64,000 nucleotides of DNA from Macrostomum hystrix (GCA_950097015.1 CATNEN010000038.1:32860001-32924000); one strand, 5' to 3'; shown: positions 1 to 12,292, counted from the first letter of the stretch. Made by a program: numbers and translations. The notes: generated from the sequence alone by a model not told the origin.

Positions 1-19
1 CGCTCTAACCACAAGGCTA
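1..19 (-). mobile_element. 5' end (A box) of a SINE family A copy cut by the window edge
   Basis: Reverse complement TAGCCTTGTGGTTAGAGCG matches the head at 2947. Confidence 0.65.
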
Positions 20-107
20 AAAGCTCCTTGAGTATTGGAAATATGACTTTGAAATATGAAATGCGGCTTTAAAGTGAAAATGCAGACAGACTAACCAACA
101 GACTCAC

Positions 108-289
108 CATTCTGGAAGCCCAGTCATGGCTGATGGCACTGCTGATGAGAATAATGATATCAAATGGAACAGCAGCCAGAAGGTCCAGAATAAACCAGGT
201 CTTCAAATAGTTCAAAGCAATTTGCCTTTGGCAATAGACAACTTGTCCACTTTTGCTCACAAAAGTTGTGCAGAAGTTAATGCAAATAT
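108..289 (-). CDS. KCNH8: Elk/KCNH channel exon 6 (end S2-S3); gene continues beyond window start
   Basis: DICINFCTTFVSKSGQVV..IALNYLKTWFILDLLAAVPFD. Acceptor CGCAG, donor GTGAGT, phase continues exon 5. Confidence 0.93.
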
Positions 290-664
290 CTGCGTTGGCA
301 CAGGTGAGGGGGTGAAATTTCTGGTTAGCGAAAACATTTAGAGATTGTTAAAGATAATTAACATTGAGAGCTAATATGAAATCATGATTTGCGATTGAGC
401 GAAAATATTTAGCAGGTGCACAAATAGTAGCTCTAGATTTTTTTTTTCTTCCGCTTTTTATGTTGTTAATGGGTTCTCAATTAGAAGTTTCTGCTGGCTC
501 ACAGGTGCGTTAGTGAGTGTGTGTGTTCAGCTGTACTCTACGTCAGACAATTCGATTCCAAATCATTTATAACCGATGCAATCGCAAAAAATTACTTTTC
601 AGAGATTGGAGAACCAAATTAAAATAATGTTTCTCTAGTTTCTTTAGCGCACACAGAGCGAGAA

Positions 665-728
665 ATGGTTGCTCGGAAAGCAGCGATAAGTCAGAAACCT
701 TTAGGAGACAGCATTGACAGCAAGTCGG

Positions 729-762
<34 letters not shown>

Positions 763-1039
763 GAATGGTGCTGACTGCTCGAGTGACATTGTTACTCGTG
801 AGCCGAAGCTTCAATTGATTCGTTCATTAGCCTACATGGACACATTGCTTCCAGCTAAATGGAGCCTTTGGTGGCTGCCGATTGCGCTGACATTTTTGTG
901 CTACAGCCCGAATCTACTAATCTTCGCCAACGACGCTGAGACATGGATTTACGACGATCAGTCGAGTGTTCGCAGAAATCCCTGCGTTATCGGCGTGGAT
1001 CCCATGAACGAGCCCGTGCCCTGGACTTGCGTCTTCTGG
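665..1039 (+). CDS. TMTC: TMTC-family protein O-mannosyltransferase, exon 1
   Basis: TM segment followed by the luminal WIYDD..VRRNP motif typical of TMTC1-4. PolyQ near the N-terminus. Donor GTGAGC at 1040. Start codon choice uncertain. Confidence 0.85.
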
Positions 1040-1669
1040 GTGAGCAAAAATGCTCAAGTGCACCTGGGCTATCGAAAAATTGAAATTTCTTGGAAAACTA
1101 ATGATTTTTAATCGACATATTTCAAGGAAAATGATTTGAAATTATGTCAAGATCAGTCCATGGACAGGGGTTGATAAAAACTCGTCTAAATTTCTACTCA
1201 TGAGTTGGATTGAAAACACGGGACTTCCTGGAAAATTGTTACAATTCTTGGAAAACTTATGAATTTCTAGGATTTCGCTTTCAAAAGCAGTAATTCGTAA
1301 TATTAAGAAGAAAATGTGGTATTCAATGTTTATATTTCAATAACAAAAAATATTGATTAAGAAAATGAATGATCTATTGTACATCAACGGTGATTTATTG
1401 GAGAAAATATACATTTTATTTCCTAGAAAGCTATATTGAATGCGTAAAGAAGCAGCGATATTAATGAAAGAGCAAGTGATTTCCCAGAAATTATTTAAAA
1501 AGGCGACTTTGGAAGTTTATTGAACTAGTAGAAAGGCTAGTTAGTAAAATAAATATAGTTATTTATATATTTGAAAGTTTTGGAATTGAAAGTGAAATAA
1601 TAAAAAAATTAATTTGAATTTCAACGGCTCAGAGGATTACAAAGAATCTCAAATCGATCTCACAACCAG

Positions 1670-2716
1670 GCCGATTACTGGGGCACCCCAATGAGCAGCA
1701 ACTCGAGTCACAAGTCCTACCGCCCGGTCACCACAATGTTCTTCATCGTTGAGCGCCTCCTTTGGGGCTTCTCCGATTCGCGCCTCTGGCACCTCGGCAA
1801 CGTCGCCACCAAGGCAGTCGCCGTCTGGCTGTTCAGCAAAGTGTCCCGCATCTGCCTGACCTGTCAGGACTCGGCCGCCTTTGCCACGCTGCTGTTCGCT
1901 GTACACCCTATTCACACGGAGTCCGTCAGCAACATCACAGGCCAGGCCGAGTCACTCAGCGGCGTGTTCATGCTCCTGGCCTTTTTGGCTTATTCTAGAC
2001 GTCGCGGTTCAATTGTGATGAACTCAACCGCAGCGATTCTCGCCTCTCTGGCTGCCACCCTGTCCAAGGAGCCCGGCTTCTCGGCTTTGCCAATCATCTG
2101 CCTGCATATTGTCAGTGTAGAGTTGCGCGCGGTGAAGTCTGCCGCTGCCAAGAAGGACCAGTTGCAGTCAGATGGTTACCTCCAGTGGCGCGACCTGAGA
2201 AAGATTCGCTCATCAACCTGGCTCCACCTTGCCGCCTACATCCTGGCTGGCGTCGGCATCTTCGTCGGCCGCTGCTGCATTCAGCGCGAGAAGCCGCAGT
2301 TCAACAGTTTCATGAATCCGGCAGCGTTTCATCACAGCCGACTGGCCCGTGGCCTCACCATGGCCTACTACGCGATGGTACATGCCGGACTGCTAGTGGC
2401 ACCGGTCACTCTGTGCCCGGATTATTCCAACTCGGCCATTCCCGAGGTGGAGGGGCTGCTGGACCAGCGCTGTCTGCTCATGTACCTGGCTGGCGTGGCT
2501 CTGCTGTGGTCGGCCTTCACGCTGGTCAGAGCTGCACTGGACAAGCGGCGCGATGTACACGAACTGCTGACGGGTGTCGCCTGGCTGACGCTGCCCTTTC
2601 TGCCCGTGTCAAATCTGTTCTTTGTTGTTGGCTTCGCTGTTGCTGAGCGGATACTGTTCGCCCCGTCCATTGGCTTCTGCCTTCTGGTTGGACTGGGCGT
2701 TCAGAGGCTTACTGAG
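1670..2716 (+). CDS. TMTC: TMTC-family exon 2 (membrane core, DUF1736-like)
   Basis: DYWGTPMSSNSSHKSYRP, LFAVHPIHTESV, LSKEPG, NPAAF, PVTLCPDYS, PFLPVSNLFFVVGFAVAERILFAPSIGFCLL are hallmark TMTC motifs. Phase 0/0. Confidence 0.95.
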
Positions 2717-2754
2717 GTTTGAACTCACATTTGATTGATAAATATAAAAGTACA

Positions 2755-2893
2755 GCAAGTGCCACAGCCGAAGCTGAAGGCTGAACACGGCTTTTCAGTC
2801 CATGGACTGGGAGGAACGCCACAACCATACTCAATTAAGTTCAATTGCTTAATTGGGAATCGAACCCCCGACCTTCAAGTCGTGAGTGCAACC
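2755..2893 (-). mobile_element. SINE family A, internally deleted
   Basis: Tail with CAGTCCATGGACTG joined to head GGGAATCGAACCCCCGACCTTCAAGTCGTGAG. Confidence 0.75.
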
Positions 2894-2937
2894 CCTTTGT
2901 AGTTAGATTCGGGGCTATGAGCATACATTTGTACCAA

Positions 2938-3186
2938 GGGTATTGTAGCCTTGTGGTTAGAGAGTCGGTCTCGCGACTTGAAGGTCGTTGGTTCGATTCC
3001 CGAAAAATTTGTGTCGTCTAGCAAGACACTTAACTCTGCGTTGCTTCAGTTCACCCAGTGGTTAAATGGGTGCCAGCATCAGCTGTGGTAATAGAGGCTG
3101 GGTGTGTCGCCCACCCCAGTCCATGGACTGAACAGCCGTACGCAGCCTTCAGATGCGCCGCGCAATAGCTGTGACTGCACATCTGA
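2938..3186 (+). mobile_element. tRNA-derived SINE (family A) with CORE-like domain
   Basis: A box TAGCCTTGTGG, B box GGTTCGATTCC, GCAAGACACTTAAC..CAGTTCACCCAG..AAATGGGT; homologous copies elsewhere in the window. Confidence 0.88.
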
Positions 3187-3239
3187 GTTTCTTATTGCTT
3201 GTATCAGCATTAGCTGCGGTAGAAACTTTGCTGGATTTT

Positions 3240-3312
3240 CTGCGACCTCTCCAGTCCATGGACTGAACTGGCTGTACACAGCTTTTGGGTTTATTACTGA
3301 CTGTACATCTGG
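3240..3312 (+). mobile_element. SINE family A, 3' fragment
   Basis: CCAGTCCATGGACTGAAC..GCTGTACACAGC..GACTGTACATCTG. Confidence 0.65.
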
Positions 3313-3379
3313 CCCAGTAGAACTAGATTCATCTATATCATCTCTCCTCGCTTCACAATTTTTTTCGCGCAATTCGCAG

Positions 3380-4702
3380 GTCGTCACTCGAATCACCATC
3401 GATCAGACGAGGTGGCGGTTGGTGAGCAGTTTGCACAGGTGCCTTCGCTGGCTCCTCATTCTGATGGCCATTCGCACCAGCCTGCGTGACCTCGACTGGA
3501 ACAGCAGCCGCAGCCTCTGGTACTCGTCCTACAAAGCCTGCTCGCCAAACGCGAACGTTCTAGCTAACTTGGCCTTCTCAGAGCCAGACAGTCCCGGCTT
3601 TCAACGCTTCCTGTTCGAACGAGCCAACGCTGTTGGCAAGCCGTTCTCAATGGATCACAGCGTCGAGTCGCTCGCACGCGTGATGGAGAGCCAGGGACAG
3701 CACTGGGAGATGCTGGAGCTCTGTCAGCGGCACAGCAAATTCGGCAACCCGAAGGTGAAGCAGTGCGTAGCCTACGGTCTGCTGCAGCTGCGAAAGCCAG
3801 TCCAGGCTGTGCCAGAATTCCAGCAGCTGTACGCCCGGCTGAACGAGACCCGCTGGCACCTGAGCCAGATACAACCTGCCGATGTGATTCGCGGCTACGC
3901 GCGGAGTCTGGCCCTGGCCGGCAAAGCTGATCGGGCCCTAAAAATCATCCGCCTGCACGAGGCCGATGTCCCAGATCCCGTCAAGGAGCATCTGGCGGTT
4001 ACGGCGGTTCTGGCGGACACTCTGCGGTCGAGGCTCAATGTCAGTGGAAACTTTGAAGCGGCTTTAGCTCGCCTAACAAGCAGATCGCCGTCACCTGATG
4101 CCCTGCTAGACTTGGCCAAGGAACTCTGCCTGTCTGGCCGCTACGAGGAGGCTCTGGCTGCCTTGTCGGCGATTCAACCGCCCGAGGCGCGTCAGTCTCC
4201 GATGGGTAATTATGTTCGCCGATTCGCTCAGGATGGGATCTACTCAAGTACTCGGCTGTGCAAGCAACGCGAACAGCAACTGTTGAGCAACCTGACTGGC
4301 CTGTCTCCGAGAGCTGCGTTAGCCGTTCTGACCACAGCTGCCGAGCGAGTAGCCGAGACAGATCACAGCGACTCCGAGTACACACTGTACCACACCTGCC
4401 GGCTGGTTGTGCAGCCGATCGACGCCCTGCTGTCGCGCGTTGGCAGCTCAGCGCAGGACAATCCGAACTTCACCAGCTTAGCGGCGATGCATCGCTTGTT
4501 TAGAAACGGACAACGCGGCGAGTTGTTTCTCCACACCCAGCTGATGACGGAGCGAGAGAGGCTGCGCAGTTTTTTTGATGATTTGCGACGATCCGAAAGC
4601 GAACTGGCAGCGATTGAAGTCGCTGACGGCGATGACGATGGCGACTTCGCTGGATGGTCGATGAAGCCAGCTGACAAGTTTCGACTGGGTGATGACGACT
4701 GA
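3380..4702 (+). CDS. TMTC: TMTC-family exon 3 (last TM plus divergent TPR-like helical region); spliced protein about 914 aa
   Basis: RTSLRDLDWNSSRSLWYSS..PNANVLANLA resembles the TMTC TM-to-TPR junction. Acceptor TCGCAG at 3379 is in frame. The first 92 codons of track ORF 3104..4702 are intronic SINE sequence. Confidence 0.88.
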   Translation, partial: VVTRITIDQTRWRLVSSLHRCLRWLLILMAIRTSLRDLDWNSSRSLWYSSYKACSPNANVLANLAFSEPDSPGFQRFLFERANAVGKPFSMDHSVESLARVMESQGQHWEMLELCQRHSKFGNPKVKQCVAYGLLQLRKPVQAVPEFQQLYARLNETRWHLSQIQPADVIRGYARSLALAGKADRALKIIRLHEADVPDPVKEHLAVTAVLADTLRSRLNVSGNFEAALARLTSRSPSPDALLDLAKELCLSGRYEEALAALSAIQPPEARQSPMGNYVRRFAQDGIYSSTRLCKQREQQLLSNLTGLSPRAALAVLTTAAERVAETDHSDSEYTLYHTCRLVVQPIDALLSRVGSSAQDNPNFTSLAAMHRLFRNGQRGELFLHTQLMTERERLRSFFDDLRRSESELAAIEVADGDDDGDFAGWSMKPADKFRLGDDD

Positions 4703-5432
4703 CTGAATTAATCTCAAGTGAACGGTTTTAAGACTGTATTTTTTTAATGCATAGACTAGAATCAAATCGGTTAGTTGAATAGGATTTTGAGCATTGGAAT
4801 TGAATAGAACCTATGTTAGCACACAATGCCATCCATTGTAATACGATTTCAATTTGTAAAAGCACGCATTAAGCAAAAAAGTGAGAAATAAGTATACATC
4901 ACATTCTGTGGTTAGAACGCTCACATATGTGTGTACATCTGCCCTGACTTTCTCATTGTCCATAAACCGCCCGCAAAAAAGGCATCGACCAATAGGAATG
5001 GCTTACTGAGGCTAAAATGTCTATGGCACCCCGAAGTGGGGGCTCTGCCCCACAGCCCCGGCTCTGACTCTGAAAGTATTGCTTGGGCAAAAACGTCTAT
5101 GGTACAATCAAATTGATACCCAAGCTTTGCCAACCAACGATTTTTAACAGTAGGACTACCAAGCCATTTTGCCGCCCGTTTTTATACCAAGGGGGGGGGG
5201 ATTTCCCCCCCTGACAATTTTTTTTGCTGCACCCGAACGGGACAATGCAAGCACACGAAACTCAAGAACACGGGCCAACTTTTTGTTGCGCATCTTCTGA
5301 AGCAAGTCGCCAGCTCTTCAGACGGTCAAGATATTCAATGTTTCTGGCCGAAGGTCCGATTTTTACCATAAGAGCTAGTGTATTTCATACACCCCTATAC
5401 AAGAATTTGCACTGCGCCTCAGTGCGGCCTGA

Positions 5433-6098
5433 GGGACAGTGGGACAGTGGGACAGTGGGACAGTGGGACAGTGGGACAGTGGGACAGTGGGACAGTGGGA
5501 CAGTGGGACAGTGGGACAGTGGGACAGTGGGACAGTGGGACAGTGGGACAGTGGGACAGTGGGACAGTGGGACAGTGGGACAGTGGGACAGTGGGACAGT
5601 GGGACATTGGGACAGTGGGACATTGGGACAGTGGGACAGTGGGACAGTGGGACAGTGGAACATTGGGACAGTGGGACAGTGGGACAGTGGGACAGTGGGA
5701 CAGTGGGACAGTGGAACATTGGGACAGTGGGACATTGGGACAGTGGGACAGTGGGACAGTGGGACAGTGGAACATTGGGACAGTGGGACAGTGGGACAGT
5801 GGGACAGTGGGACAGTGGGACAGTGGGACAGTGGGACAGTGGGACAGTGGGACAGTGGGACAGTGGGACAGTGGGACAGTGGGACAGTGGGACAGTGGGA
5901 CAGTGGGACAGTGGAACATTGGGACAGTGGGACAGTGGGACAGTGGGACAGTGGAACAGTGGAACAGTGGGACAGTGGGACAGTGGGACAGTGGGACAGT
6001 GGGACAGTGGAACAGTGGAACAGTGGGACAGTGGGACAGTGGGACAGTGGGACAGTGGGACAGTGGGACATTGGGACAGTGGAATATTGGGACAGTGG
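5433..6098. repeat. 8-bp tandem repeat (GGGACAGT)n
   Basis: About 80 units with GGAACAGT/GGGACATT variants. Confidence 0.98.
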
Positions 6099-6564
6099 GG
6101 TGGTAGGCATAAATGAGGATTATATCCCAGACAAGGAAAGCATATTTCAGCAAATATAATTTCCCTTGCCGTGTGCCAAAGCATATTCCCGGTCGGTGTT
6201 TGAGGGTTGCAGTTTCTGCAAATAGTGGAGCCTAGCGATCTGCTTTCACTGATATGGGAATATTATCCTTGAATAGGGGTTTCCCGCCTATATATAAGCC
6301 AATTAAAATTCGGAGGGGATAATATCAGGAAAAATATTGACTCGCCAAGGCGTAGTTTGAGGTTGACTCAGTCAACAAAATTTTAGTTGGCTCAGATATG
6401 AGTTGGGGACGCCCAGTGTATTTGGGAAGTAGGCCTGCCTTTTTTCATTTTTTAAGAAAGTTCTTAATGGTTATTGAAAGCTTCTACTCGATATTTGATC
6501 ATTTATCTTCTGCTTTCTCACTGAATTTGTCTGCTACCACAGTTAATATTCTAGAGAATGTAAT

Positions 6565-7370
6565 AGTTCCCCATTTTCCGAATCTCCCAGTTCCTTATTT
6601 TTAAAAAATCTCCCAGTTACCCATTTTCTAAATCTCCCAGTTCCCCATTCTCAAAATCTCCCACTTCGCCATTTTCCAAATCTCCCAATTTCCCATTTTC
6701 CAAATCTCCCAGTTCCCCATTCTCAAAATCTCCCAGTTCCCCATTCTCAAAATCTCCCAGTTCCCCATTCTCAAAATCTCCCACTTCCCCATTTTCCAAA
6801 TCTCCCAGTTTCCCATTTTCCAAATCTCCCAGTTCCCCATTCTCAAAATCTCCCAGTTCCCAATTCTCAAAACCTCCCAGTTCCCCATTCTCAAAACCTC
6901 CAAGTTCCCCAGTTTCAAAATCTCCCAGTTCCCCAGTTTCCAAATCTCCCAGTTCCCCAATCTCAAAATATCCCAGTTCCCCATTCTCAAAATATCCCAG
7001 TTCCCTATTTTCCAAAATCTCCCAGTTCCCCATTTTCCAAATCTCCCAGTTCCCAATTGTTAAAGTCTCCCAATTCCTTATTTTCCAAAATCTCCCAGTT
7101 CCCCATTCTCAAAATCTCCCAGTTCCCAATTCTCAAAACCTCCCAGTTCCCCATTCTCAAAACCTCCAAGTTCCCCAGTTTCAAAATCTCCCAGTTCCCC
7201 AGTTTCAAAATCTCCCAGTTCCCCAATCTCAAAATATCCCAGTTCCCCATTCTCAAAATATCCCAGTTCCCTATTTTCCAAAATCTCCCAGTTCCCCATT
7301 TTCCAAATCTCCCAGTTCCCAATTGTTAAAATCTCCCAGTTCCTTATTTTTAAAATCTCCCAGTTCCCCA
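6565..7370. repeat. ~24-bp minisatellite (AAAATCTCCCAGTTCCCCATTCTC)
   Basis: Tandem units with an internal ~290-bp duplication. Confidence 0.95.
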
Positions 7371-8084
7371 TTAAAAAACTTACCAGATTCTCAAAATCTC
7401 ACTCTGTTCCTTTCAAAATCTCTACGTTCGTTTGAAACTGTCAGAGTTCCCTATTCTCAAACTCCCACAGTTCCTAATTTTCGGAATCTCGAAATTCCCA
7501 ATTCCCAAAATCCCACTGTTCGTCATAAAATATCACATGGTTTCTCTCAAAATCTTACTGTTTCTCCTTCATTAGTATTGTAATTGTTTAGACAAAATCT
7601 CGCAGCTGTTTATCAATCTCCTAGGCCAAATTTTTCTTACTTCTAGCTCATCAGAACTATATCATTCTGTGATTAGGCTGTCACTGTGAGGGCTTTGCAT
7701 TTGACACTCAAGGCTCATTTAGGTATTTAGATAGCAAAATGGCCACCCAGGCCTGCACTGATTGATCTATCGTTAAATTGCGACTATCCTGCACTATCAT
7801 TCTAGTGGCCACAGAGCAGGAAATTGCCAATTTCAACTAGATAGAGCTCAACAAGAATTTGATAATTAATGAGCTCGATAATGGCAAAAATCCTTGAGTT
7901 CAGAAGTCTTCTCTGAAAAAATGTACGAAAAAGAAACGATTTTTAAGAAACTAACCTCAGCCTCGTCTGGGAGTTTTAGATTTAGAACGGGAACTAGCAT
8001 GTTTTGCCCCCTTCGGGGAGCAGAAATATTTTTAATTCGTCTTGTATATACTTTTTAGCAGCTGTATTTTCAGCTTTTTAAGCA

Positions 8085-8290
8085 ACAATGATCCCCCAGT
8101 TGACAATGATCCCCCAGTTGACAATGATCCCCCAGTTGACAATGAACCCCCAGTTGACAACGATCCCCCAGTCGACATTGATCCCCCAGTTTACAATGAT
8201 CCCACAGTTGACAATGATCCCCCAGTTCACAATGATCCCCCAGTTCACAATGATCCCCCAGTTGATGATGACCCCCCAGTTGATGATGAT
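8085..8290. repeat. 18-bp minisatellite (AATGATCCCCCAGTTGAC)
   Basis: About 11 units. Confidence 0.95.
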
Positions 8291-8339
8291 GGCAATACGC
8301 TTGAATGTAAGCAACAAGTGGATTTTTAGAAATTGGTCA

Positions 8340-8650
8340 ATTTCTGGAAGTCGTTGATTTTAAGAATTCCTTGATTTTAGGAATCCGTAGATTTCGGAAA
8401 TTAGTCAATTCTAAGAATTCGTCGATTTCAGAAATTCTTCTATTTTCAGAATTTCGTCGATTTTAGGAATTTCGGGAATTCGTCGATTTCGGGAGTTTAG
8501 GGAGTTCGACGATTTCGGGAGTTTAGGGAGTTCGACGATTTCAGAGATTCGTCGATTTCGCGAATTTCGGGAATTCGTCGACTTCAGGAATAATGGATTT
8601 CCATATTTCGGTGATTTCAAGAATTCGTCGATTTCGGGAATTTGCTGATT
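8340..8650. repeat. Degenerate ~17-bp repeat (GAATTCGTCGATTTCGG)
   Basis: Recurring TTCGTCGATTT. Confidence 0.8.
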
Positions 8651-8964
8651 TACATGGAAATGAAAATGACAAAATTTATAGCTGAATCCATCTATAACAG
8701 GTTATAGTTTGATTGAAAGTATCAGTTTTAAGGTATCACATCCTCTATTCTGCTAGAAGTTTTCGTAAAAGTTCACGGAAAACGCATAGGCTGTTTCTGA
8801 AATGCATCTTGTCGTTTAAAAATTGATCAATCATTCCACAAAATGTCAGTGGCAAACGATTGTTCTGCTAAACAAACACTAGCATTCTCGCAAAAACTAC
8901 AGCTTTAATTATAAAAGGAGTAAAGAGAGAAGAGTTGAAAGGAAATAGATAAGAATTGAGAATG

Positions 8965-10602
8965 TGCGAGAGACGAGAGAAGAGAGAGAAGACAAGAGAG
9001 AAGAGAGAAAAGACAAGAGAGAAGAGAGAAAAGACAAGAGAGAAGAGAGAAGAGAGAAGAGAGAAGAGAGAAGAGAGAAGAGAGACGAGAGAATAGAGAA
9101 GAGAGAAGAGACAAGAGAGAAGAGAGACGAGAGAATAGAGAAGAAAGATGAGAGAATAGAGATGAGAGAATAGAGAAGAGAGAAGAGAGAAGAGAGAAGA
9201 GAGACGAGAGAATAGAGAAGAAAGATGAGAGAATAGAGATGAGAGAATAGAGAAGAGAGAAGAGAGAAGAGAGAAGAGAGAAGAGAGAAGAGAGAAGAGA
9301 GACGAGAGAATAGAGAAGAAAGATGAGAGAATAGAGATGAGAGAATAGAGAAGAGAGAAGAGAGAAGAGAGAAGAGAGAAGAGAGAAGAGAGAAGAGAGA
9401 CGAGAGAATAGAGAAGAGAGAAGAGAGAAGAGAGAAGAGAGAAGAGAGAAGAGAGAAGAGAGACGAGAGAATAGAGAAGAAAGATGAGAGAATAGAGATG
9501 AGAGAATAGAGAAGAGAGAAGAGAGAAGAGAGAAGAGAGAAGAGAGAAGAGAGAAGAGAGACGAGAGAATAGAGAAGAGAGAAGAGAGAAGAGAGAAGAG
9601 ATACGAGAGAATAGAGATGAGAGAATAGAGAAGAGAGAAGAGAGAAGAGAGAATAGAGAAGAGAGAAGAGAGAAGAGAGAAGAGAGAAGAGAGAAGAGAG
9701 AAGAGAGACGAGAGAATAGAGAAGAGAGAAGAGACAAGAGAGAAGAGAGACGAGAGAATAGAGAAGAAAGATGAGAGAATAGAGATGAGAGAATAGAGAA
9801 GAGAGAAGAGAGAAGAGAGAAGAGAGACGAGAGAATAGAGAAGAAAGATGAGAGAATAGAGATGAGAGAATAGAGAAGAGAGAAGAGAGAAGAGAGAAGA
9901 GAGAAGAGAGAAGAGAGAAGAGAGACGAGAGAATAGAGAAGAGAGAAGAGAGAAGAGAGAAGAGAGACGAGAGAATAGAGATGAGAGAATAGAGAAGAGA
10001 GAAGAGAGAAGAGAGAATAGAGAAGAGAGAAGAGAGAAGAGAGAAGAGAGAAGAGAGAATAGAGAAGAAAGATGAGAGAATAGAGATGAGAGAATAGAGA
10101 AGAGAGAAGAGAGAAGAGTGAAGAGAGACGAGAGAATAGAGAAGAAAGATGAGAGAATAGAGATGAGAGAATAGAGAAGAGAGAAGAGAGAAGAGAGAAG
10201 AGAGAAGAGAGAAGAGAGAAGAGAGACGAGAGAATAGAGAAGAGAGAAGAGAGAAGAGAGAAGAGAGACGAGAGAATAGAGAAGAGAGAAGAGAGAAGAG
10301 AGAATAGAGAAGAAAGATGAGAGAATAGAGATGAGAGAATAGAGAAGAGAGAAGAGAGAAGAGAGAAGAGAGACGAGAGAATAGAGAAGAGAGAAGAGAG
10401 AAGAGAGAAGAGAGAAGAGAGAAGAGAGAAGAGAGACGAGAGAATAGAGAAGAGAGAAGAGAGAAGAGAGAATAGAGAAGAAAGATGAGAGAATAGAGAT
10501 GAGAGAATAGAGAAGAGAGAAGAGAGAAGAGAGAAGAGAGACGAGAGACGAGAGAATAGAGAAGAAAGATGAGAGAATACGAGCGTAGAGAAGAGAGAAG
10601 AG
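8965..10602. repeat. Purine-rich 7-mer satellite (GAGAAGA)n with variant blocks
   Basis: Direct inspection. Confidence 0.97.
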
Positions 10603-11104
10603 ATTTAAAGAAAGGTGAAGGGTGAGACTTAAGTAGGCAAATGTGCATTCAAACAGAGCGTCGCAATAAGAGAGCATGTTGGATTTAAAAAACCAGAGGC
10701 CTGATTCCGCCTACAATCACATGCGGAGAAAAACGACCAGGCATATTTACAAAAGGCTCCGCGCTTCATAAGTGCTCATTGAAGTGGTAAAATTTGAGTA
10801 GGTTGCAGGCAGTTTATATTTGACAAAGATTGCTTCATGAGAAGCGTGCTGTTTCTCAAGTGTGCCAGCTCTGCAGCAGCACTTCAAGTGTTTAATAAGC
10901 TTTAGTTGCCGCTCCTATTCTGAGTTGATTGCATGCTCCGTAAATCTAGAGACCTGCTCACCATAGTGACAGGGTAAGGTGTGATCTCAATAGCTTTACT
11001 ATGTGAACGCAGTTCAACAGCAAACTAGGCATAGTGAACCAAAAAATGTTTGTCACAGAAGTATGAAATTTATAATAGAGGAAAGCTTTGTTTTTCATCC
11101 ACTG

Positions 11105-11987
11105 TCGCTTATCTCCACTGCCTCATCTCTACGTCTAAAATCCCCGTCTCATCTTTCCCCGTCTCATCTCCCTGTCTCATCTCTCCGTGTCTCATCTCTC
11201 CGTGTCTCATCTCTCCGTGTCTCATCTCTCCGTGTCTCATCTTTCCGTGTCTCATATCTCCGTGTCTCATCTCTCCCATGTCTTATCTCTCCGTGTCTCA
11301 TCTCTACGTCTAAACTCCCCTGTCTCATCTTTCCCCGTCTTATCTCCCTTTCTCATTTCTCCCTGACTTATATCTCCCCTGTCTCATCTATCCGTTTCTC
11401 ATCTCTCCTCTCTCTAATATCTCCCCTGTCTCATCTTTCCCCGTCTTATCTCCCTTTCTCATTTCTCCCTGACTTATATCTCCCTTGTCTCATCTATCCG
11501 TTTCTCATCTCTCCTCTCTCTAATATCTCCCCTGTCTCATCTTTCCCGTGTCCCATCTCTCCCGTGTCTCATCTCTCCCGTGTCTCATCTCTCCCGTGTC
11601 TCATCTCTCCCGTGTCTCATCTCTCATGTCTAATCTCCCCTGTCTTATCTCTCCCTGACTTATATCTCCCCTGTCTCATCTATCCGTTTCTCATCTCTCC
11701 CCTCTCTAACCTTTCCCCTGTCACATCTCTCCCGTGTCTCATCTCTCCCCTGTCACATCTCTCCCCTGTCTCATCTCTCCCCTGTTTCATCTCTCCCCTG
11801 TCACATCTCTCCCCTGTCACATCTCTCCCCTGTCACATCTTTCCCCTCTCTAACCTCTCCCCTGTCACATCTCTCCCCTGTCTCATCTCTCCCCTGTCTC
11901 ATCTCTCCCCTGTCACATCTCTCCCCTGTTTCATCTCTCCCCTGTCACATCTCTCCCCTGTCACATCTCTCCCCTGTCACATCTCTC
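11105..11987. repeat. 15-18-bp minisatellite (TGTCTCATCTCTCCC) in Elk intron 5
   Basis: Same family as 13746-14700. Confidence 0.95.
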
Positions 11988-12030
11988 AATTAGAGTTGGG
12001 CTTGATGGAGATTGCACAAGTTTCGCTCAC

Positions 12031-12292
12031 CAATGATAAACACCACTTCGACTAGCAAGTCGACAGCCACCCCAGCCTCCTCGCCGTCAGCCTGATGAGG
12101 TCGGCGCACTCGACTGCCTCCGCTGGCCGCATTGTAGGGCACCATGACGGCGATGTAGAAAGTGCAGAGCAAAATTAGCCAATCCCAGCTAATCTTTAGC
12201 AAGCCGTAGTGCAACAGAATGCAACTGGAGCGGCGAACCTCTTGCACTTTGTACTCCGGCAGCGCTGCCTTGCCTCTGAGACCGTGATGAAG
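12031..12292 (-). CDS. KCNH8: Elk/KCNH channel exon 5 (S1-S2)
   Basis: LPEYKVQEVRRSSCILLHYGLLKISWDWLILLCTFYIAVMVPYN..VDLLVEVVFII. Acceptor TTTTCAG, donor GTGAGC. Confidence 0.94.

Noticed and set aside
4900-6420. Possible DNA transposon or MITE surrounding the GGGACAGT array
   Set aside because: I could not find matching terminal inverted repeats or a target-site duplication.
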